Positions 6,572 to 10,936 of a DNA stretch of 10,936 nucleotides are shown here, piece by piece; within the stretch, counting starts at the first letter, position 1; every line of letters starts with the position of its first letter. Below the pieces are notes generated by a model, which had not been told where the DNA came from, ran no database searches, and worked only from the letters and a program-made list of their open reading frames with translations. The stretch is from NCBI GenBank assembly GCA_026389895.1, contig JAPLGZ010000191.1:1-10936 (forward strand), given 5' to 3'. A program made the position numbers and the translations under genes. Source of the stretch: Chloroflexota bacterium. Its GTDB lineage: Bacteria > Chloroflexota > Anaerolineae > Caldilineales > Caldilineaceae.

Positions 6572-8298
6572 TAAGCACGCACCTGTTCTTCGACGGCAAT
6601 GGCTTGGGCGATACCGATACGGGCATTCTTTTCGGCTTCGGCTTCGGCCAATGTACGAATTTGCGCTGCCATTTGCAAGGCTCGTTGATATTCAGCCTTG
6701 CCTTCGTTGCTCTGCACCGTAATGCTCAGTTCAGACTCGGTGATCTTGGTCTGTTGTTGCGTGCGGGCCTGCGCTTCGCGCAACTCACGTTCCTTGACCG
6801 AGGCCGCCTCTTGCCGGGCATAGGTTTCGATCTGCTCCTCGGCGATCTGGCGCGAGCGCAACTGCATCAGAATGTTCTCGATCTGTGTATCCCCTGGAGG
6901 CGAGGTGGGGGTGCCGATCAATACTTCTTCTAGTTCCAAATTGTAGCGCGCAAACTTCTCTTTCATCTCCTGGCTAGAAATATTCTGAATATTGCTGCGA
7001 TCCTGAATCAACTGAATCAAGGTGCGCGTCTGGCCAATATTTTTGAAGTAGGCGGCCACCAACGGGTCAAGCGTCTGCTCAACCAGACGTTTGATATCAC
7101 CAAAGCGTTGGATCACCAGCGGCGCTTTGCGATAGTCGATGTGCACCACCACCGACAGCGGCAACAGCGGTTCAAAGGCGTCTTTGGTGATCAGCGAAAT
7201 CTCGGCCAAATTCTCATCAAAACGATGCGCCCCGACTTCGTTGCGATTCCATTTGAGGATGATATTCGTGGTCGGCACGGTAATCACCTTGCCGGCATAG
7301 GTGTTGAAGGCGTATTTGCCGGGCAGCAATGGCTCGTCCCAAACGCCGCGATTGCCACGGCTCACCATCTCACCATGTTTATAATCGGCACCCGACAGAT
7401 CTTCGCCTACCCCACCCGTGTAGGAGATCACCACACCGGCATTACCGACTTCGATAATCGTCTTGGGGATGCGCTCGACAGTCGCGAAGAGCCGGTTGAT
7501 ATAATAAGTGCCTTCGACCACGACCTGCAATTGGCGACCACGCATACCGCCAGCGAGCAAAAAGCGATCGGCGTCTTGAAACTTATTGTGATAGGTAGAC
7601 TCATCACCGACATTGTCGCCGACCACGGGCGCAATGATATCGCCCTGGTGCAGCGACGGACCATCATGCACTGTCACAATGCCGACCGAATCTTCGTTGT
7701 CTTTGATCACGACGGGCGTAAAGCCGCTGCGATCGGAGATCAGGCTGGCCATCTGCTTGACAATCTCTTCTTCCTCGCGGCTGATCGAGAGTGAATAGAC
7801 CTTTTCTGCCGTGAGCACGACAAACTGCGCCAAATTGATCGCATAGGTGCCTTCGCGCAAGATCATGCGTTGCGGGCCGCGCGTGCCGCCATCGCGCATA
7901 AACGCCGTCACATCTTGAAAATCATGGGCTGTGACATTCGACGCCAAGGCTTGCGTCGCGCTCAATGGCTGGCCATCACGCGCGAACACATAACCGATGC
8001 GGCCTTGCGGGATCGTCACCAACGGGGCGCGGTGTACGGCATACTGGAACGGCGGTAAAAAGTGGATGCCACCACGCAGCAAATTAGGCTGAAAACCGGC
8101 TTCGCCATTGAGCGCAATAAAACCCGACTTGATCGATCCGCGCGCGCTCCAACGCTTCTCGACGATCCCTACGCGCGTATTCGGGATAAAACGGATCCAC
8201 GACGCAAGGACGATCAACAACACGAACAGCACAACTGCCACCAAAATCAAAGTTGCCAATACTCCAAACATTTTCCATTTCCCTTTCGCTCGGCGCAA
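6499..8298 (-). CDS. Flotillin-family SPFH/band-7 protein (YqiK/FloT-like), N-terminal 592 residues, prematurely terminated by the frameshift. The likely true start is the ATG at 8269-8271 rather than the TTG at 8296-8298
   Basis: N-terminal TM helix (MFGVLATLILVAVVLFVLLIVLASW), then an SPFH-like domain, then a long EA-rich coiled-coil region (EAQARTQQQ...AEAEAEKNARIG) typical of flotillins. Ends ...NRFAVVARNTR*, where VVARNTR is frameshift-derived. The ATG at 8271 is preceded by AAAGGGAAA. The TTG at 8298 has no Shine-Dalgarno. Confidence 0.85.
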   Translation of the reverse strand: MRRAKGKWKMFGVLATLILVAVVLFVLLIVLASWIRFIPNTRVGIVEKRWSARGSIKSGFIALNGEAGFQPNLLRGGIHFLPPFQYAVHRAPLVTIPQGRIGYVFARDGQPLSATQALASNVTAHDFQDVTAFMRDGGTRGPQRMILREGTYAINLAQFVVLTAEKVYSLSISREEEEIVKQMASLISDRSGFTPVVIKDNEDSVGIVTVHDGPSLHQGDIIAPVVGDNVGDESTYHNKFQDADRFLLAGGMRGRQLQVVVEGTYYINRLFATVERIPKTIIEVGNAGVVISYTGGVGEDLSGADYKHGEMVSRGNRGVWDEPLLPGKYAFNTYAGKVITVPTTNIILKWNRNEVGAHRFDENLAEISLITKDAFEPLLPLSVVVHIDYRKAPLVIQRFGDIKRLVEQTLDPLVAAYFKNIGQTRTLIQLIQDRSNIQNISSQEMKEKFARYNLELEEVLIGTPTSPPGDTQIENILMQLRSRQIAEEQIETYARQEAASVKERELREAQARTQQQTKITESELSITVQSNEGKAEYQRALQMAAQIRTLAEAEAEKNARIGIAQAIAVEEQVRAYGGPQYQVTQQVMNRFAVVARNTR

Positions 8299-8669
8299 TT
8301 TTAGGTCAAATTTTTGACGTTGTTAGCCTTTGGCCAGTGCGGAGCGCGATGAACAGCATAACCGATCCCAAACACATTTGCCTGACAAAAACAGCCCAGC
8401 CAGCGGACAGCCAGCGACGCCAACCGAGAAAAGGGCGCCCACAACTGGACGCCCCAACACAGGAGCGCATTTTAATTTGTACTATACTTTGAGGCAGACT
8501 GTAGTAACTGTGTCGGGCAACCTTCATTATGCGCCTCGCAGGTGCCGCGTGCAAATTTGTTACTACGGCCTATAAATATCAACACGTAGTGCCATAGTAG
8601 TGTGCCGCGTGATACAATAAGTAAACGTTATAAGTCAAGGTCACCAACCGGCCAAGAAAGGAATTACCT
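8299..8669. promoter_or_regulatory. Divergent promoter/regulatory region between the flotillin (-) and LOG (+) genes
   Basis: Palindrome GTCAAA-tt-TTTGAC at 8305-8318 lies just upstream of the flotillin start. Candidate -10 TATACT is at about 8483-8488. An extended -10 TGaTACAAT at 8610-8618 lies 52 nt before the LOG start. A 10-mer GTGCCGCGTG is repeated at 8542-8551 and 8602-8611. An 8-bp inverted repeat GTAGTAAC (8501-8508) / GTTACTAC (8559-8566) flanks 50 nt. Which of these sites is bound or functional is inference. Confidence 0.3.
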
Positions 8670-9479
8670 TTGGGAAAAAAATCCGCTAGCCCAGCGCAAC
8701 CCAATCCTACACTGAATCGCGCCGCCCGTGCCAAAGCGGCAACACAAGATGAAAAACTGCTCGCTACGCCTGAGCCCACGCCCCCTCCGTTCACGGAAAC
8801 CGACACCTGGCGCGTCTTGCGGATTACGGGAGAATTTATCGAAGGGTTTGACGCGCTCTCCACCTTAGGCCCTGCGGTCACGCTCTTTGGCTCGGCACGC
8901 ATCCAGCCGAACGATCCGATGTATGCAGCCGCGGTTGAGACAGCGCGCTGTCTCGCCGAGTCCGGCTTTTCGATTATCACAGGGGGTGGTCCAGGCATTA
9001 TGGAGGCAGGCAATAAAGGGGCGCAGTTAGGCGGCGGCGTCTCGGTGGGCCTGGGCATTGAGTTACCCTTTGAACAAGGCATTAATGCCTATGTGCAAAT
9101 TCCCGTCAACTTTCGTTATTTTTTTGTCCGCAAAACGATGTTTGTGAAGTATGCGCAAGGGTTTGTGATCTTTCCCGGGGGCTTTGGCACCCTGGACGAA
9201 ATGTTTGAAGCGCTGACCTTGATTCAGACCGGCAAAATCCGGGGGTTTCCGCTCATTCTCTTTGGTTCAGCCTACTGGCAAGGTCTGCTTGATTGGCTGC
9301 GCAACACGCTCCTGGCCGAAGGAAAGATCGCCGAACCAGATCTTAATTTGATTAAAGTGACCGATTCGCCCGAAGAAGTGTGCGCGATCATTCACAAGGC
9401 AATGGCAGAGGATAACGGATTTGTGCGGCAAGAAGCGGCAGCCCGTGAAGTGACGCGTCAAGTGTATGAGAGCGAATAA
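8670..9479 (+). CDS. LOG-family protein (TIGR00730; cytokinin riboside 5'-monophosphate phosphoribohydrolase-like / nucleotide N-glycosidase), long form with an N-terminal Pro/Ala-rich extension
   Basis: Has the LOG motifs GGGPGIMEAGNKGA and PGGFGTLDEMFEALTLIQTG. The TTG start at 8670 has AAAGGA 7 nt upstream. The start is uncertain. The conserved domain begins near residue 70. Confidence 0.8.
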   Translation: MGKKSASPAQPNPTLNRAARAKAATQDEKLLATPEPTPPPFTETDTWRVLRITGEFIEGFDALSTLGPAVTLFGSARIQPNDPMYAAAVETARCLAESGFSIITGGGPGIMEAGNKGAQLGGGVSVGLGIELPFEQGINAYVQIPVNFRYFFVRKTMFVKYAQGFVIFPGGFGTLDEMFEALTLIQTGKIRGFPLILFGSAYWQGLLDWLRNTLLAEGKIAEPDLNLIKVTDSPEEVCAIIHKAMAEDNGFVRQEAAAREVTRQVYESE

Positions 9480-9485
9480 GGACTC

Positions 9486-10250
9486 ATGAAAAATCAACCT
9501 ACTCAGATCCAGGCAATGCTGCCCAGTTCCACAACAGGGGCAGCCCCGCTCATGGATTGTTATCTGCCCACCCCAGCGCAACGTAATGGCGTTGGTTTGA
9601 TCATCTTTCCAGGCGGCGGCTATGGCGGCCACGCCGAGCACGAAGGGAAAGGATATGCTGACTATTTTGTGGCGGCTGGCATCACTTGCTTTGTCGTGCG
9701 CTATCGCCTTGGTTCGGCAAATTTTCGACACCCAGCCATGCTCGAAGATGCATTGGCCGCGCTTTACACCGTCCGCCAGCGAGCCAGTGAATGGGGTCTT
9801 GATCCCAACAAGATCGGCATAATGGGATCATCAGCGGGCGGGCATCTGACCGCCCACACCCTCGTGGCCTATGATCGCTACGCCAGCGACATCGCTTTGC
9901 GCCCAAATTTTGGCATCCTCTGCTATCCGGTCATTGCGATGACGGGGCCGTATTGTCACACGGGTTCACGGGCGAACCTGCTGGGGGCCGATGCAGACGA
10001 AGCCTTAATGCTTGATGTCTCACCCGAACGACTCGTCACGGCGCAAACGCCGCCCTGCTTTCTCTGGCACACGGTGGAAGATGCGGCGGTGCCAGTCGAA
10101 AACAGTCTGCTCTTTGCCACCGCGCTCCGCGCGCATGGGGTAGCGTTTGAAATGCACATCTATCCCACAGGCCGCCACGGCTTGGGTCTCAATACCGACC
10201 TCGCTTGGGCCAGCGCGTGCCTGCGCTGGATTGCTGAAGTCACTGCGTAG
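9486..10250 (+). CDS. Alpha/beta-hydrolase fold esterase (GxSxG serine hydrolase, HSL/BD-FAE-like)
   Basis: Has the nucleophile elbow GSSAGGHL, an oxyanion-region motif FPGGGYGGH, and a C-terminal His in GRHGLG. The ATG is 7 nt after the LOG stop, with AAGGA 3-7 nt upstream. Probably co-transcribed with the LOG gene. Confidence 0.8.
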   Translation: MKNQPTQIQAMLPSSTTGAAPLMDCYLPTPAQRNGVGLIIFPGGGYGGHAEHEGKGYADYFVAAGITCFVVRYRLGSANFRHPAMLEDALAALYTVRQRASEWGLDPNKIGIMGSSAGGHLTAHTLVAYDRYASDIALRPNFGILCYPVIAMTGPYCHTGSRANLLGADADEALMLDVSPERLVTAQTPPCFLWHTVEDAAVPVENSLLFATALRAHGVAFEMHIYPTGRHGLGLNTDLAWASACLRWIAEVTA

Positions 10251-10288
10251 TGCTTTAATTTACGTAGAATCTCGGCGTCATAAATCCA

Positions 10289-10346
10289 CCCAATACTTCT
10301 CACCCATCCCCGTTAGCTATAACGGGGATGGGTGAGAAGTATTGGG
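10289..10346. repeat. Perfect 27-bp-stem / 4-nt-loop palindrome (cccaatacttctcacccatccccgtta gcta taacggggatgggtgagaagtattggg)
   Basis: Every one of the 27 positions pairs (10289-10315 with 10320-10346). Sits 38 nt after the esterase stop in a convergent intergenic region. Flanking U-richness is only modest (GCUUGUGUG on plus). Could be a bidirectional terminator or a dispersed palindromic element. Confidence 0.6.
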
Positions 10347-10575
10347 CTTGTGTGCGAAAAACAAGCGCATAGCCCCGAGCGTATAGGCTGGATTAAATGG
10401 CACAAACGTGCGGTCGGCCAGAAGACAAGTTTCCCCGGGCGCTTTGCGCAGAGCGCTGTGCCTGCGGATCGGCAAAGTCATCCCCCCAAATGGCCCGATC
10501 TTCACGCGTGTGGGCGGCTGAAGGCAAGACCCTATTGACCGCTTTCTGGGAACTCAGTAAATTCGCCTGGCCTGC

Positions 10576-10936
10576 TCACCAACTCCACGTTGCCATAAAA
10601 CCTTCGGCAATTGGCCGTGCGGTCCCACCGTTAATTGGTAGAATATAGATTTGGGCCTTATTTCCTTTGACCATGGGTACAACCAGTGCGTCGCTATCCG
10701 GCGACCAGAGACGATGGCTCAAGGCATATTGATCAAAAAACGGCAGAAATTGATTCACAAACAATGCCCACGGTTCAAAGACGGCCAGCGTCTGCGTCCG
10801 CCCGCCTCGGACGTGGACCACATGCAACGCTAAGCGCAAGCTGTCGCGCGGCTCGGGTTGCGGCTCGGTGTTCATAAAAGGCCAATTCCCTGTGAAGCGT
10901 CCGTTGGTGACAAACGTGGGCGGCCTTAGCAGCGGG
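10576..10936 (-). CDS. C-terminal part of a hypothetical protein (possibly a beta-propeller/PD40-like repeat protein). The gene continues beyond the right window edge
   Basis: The 99-aa ORF from ATG 10873-10875 stays open in-frame upstream to the window end (..PLLRPPTFVTNGRFTGNWPF-MNTEPQ..), so the true start is probably outside the window. Segments WSPDSDALVV and QIYILPINGGTARPI resemble PD40-type propeller blades. This is a weak call. Confidence 0.45.
   Translation of the reverse strand, partial: PLLRPPTFVTNGRFTGNWPFMNTEPQPEPRDSLRLALHVVHVRGGRTQTLAVFEPWALFVNQFLPFFDQYALSHRLWSPDSDALVVPMVKGNKAQIYILPINGGTARPIAEGFMATWSW

Noticed and set aside
7108-7794. 228-aa plus-strand ORF, and other plus-strand ORFs at 6496-6933, 7613-7798, 7870-8058 and 8062-8317, inside the flotillin gene
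   Set aside because: All lie antisense to a well-supported flotillin coding sequence. Their translations are His/Arg/Gln-rich low-complexity strings with no start context. They are typical shadow ORFs.
8296-8298. TTG at 8296-8298 as the flotillin start (as in the ORF track)
   Set aside because: It has no Shine-Dalgarno. The in-frame ATG at 8269-8271 is preceded by AAAGGGAAA and begins directly at the transmembrane helix, so the ATG is the more likely start.
8253-8575. ORFs of 79-82 aa in the divergent intergenic region (8253-8492 +, 8306-8554 -, 8330-8575 +)
   Set aside because: They have no start-codon context or Shine-Dalgarno and they overlap promoter-like elements. The sequences are low-complexity.
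8579-9082. 167-aa minus-strand ORF. Also 9267-9731, 9682-9906 and 9956-10159 on the minus strand, and 9622-9822 on the plus strand
   Set aside because: They are antisense to, or out of frame within, the LOG and esterase genes, both of which have clear family motifs. These are shadow ORFs.
10251-10575. Small ORFs of 62-83 aa in the convergent intergenic region (10147-10335 +, 10317-10505 -, 10332-10538 +, 10397-10648 +)
   Set aside because: They overlap one another and the palindrome, lack ribosome-binding sites, and have Arg/Ala/Pro-rich translations typical of random GC-rich frames. The region is better treated as non-coding or structured.
1-10936. Search for tRNA, rRNA or tmRNA genes
   Set aside because: I found no T-loop (GGTTCGAATCC-like) or anticodon-arm signatures and no rRNA-like conserved stretches. 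The non-coding segments are too short or too unstructured to be rRNA.

Overview
The window is almost entirely minus-strand coding on the left and plus-strand coding on the right. (1) A complete four-gene ABC importer operon on the minus strand: lipoprotein substrate-binding protein 4324->3050, permease 2982->2110, permease 2107->1304, ATPase 1307->267. A perfect 17-bp hairpin sits between the binding-protein gene and the first permease gene. (2) Directly upstream of that operon, in the same orientation, is a roughly 1.7-kb IS200/IS605-family element (about 4417-6139). Its tnpB ORF is full-length with all three RuvC catalytic residues and the C-terminal zinc finger; its tnpA carries a 1-nt frameshift. 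Both ends carry matching subterminal hairpin motifs in direct orientation. (3) A long flotillin-family gene (SPFH/band-7 domain plus flotillin C-terminal tail) on the minus strand (8298/8271->6206) is split into 599-aa and 98-aa ORFs by a perfect 50-bp tandem duplication (6472-6521 = 6522-6571). A 15-bp-stem terminator hairpin lies between its stop and the IS left end. (4) A 370-bp divergent intergenic region separates flotillin from a plus-strand LOG-family gene (8670-9479). An alpha/beta-hydrolase esterase gene (9486-10250) follows 7 nt later. (5) A 325-bp convergent intergenic region contains a perfect 27-bp-stem, 4-nt-loop palindrome (10289-10346). (6) A minus-strand ORF (10576->) remains open to the right window edge. 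The first 266 bp are AT-rich and non-coding. I recognise no rRNA, tRNA or CRISPR. Individually the parts (ABC importer, IS605/TnpB, flotillin, LOG, esterase) belong to known families. What looks unusual are the disrupted flotillin gene, the long perfect palindromes, and a TnpB element that looks immobilised and sits at the head of an operon.
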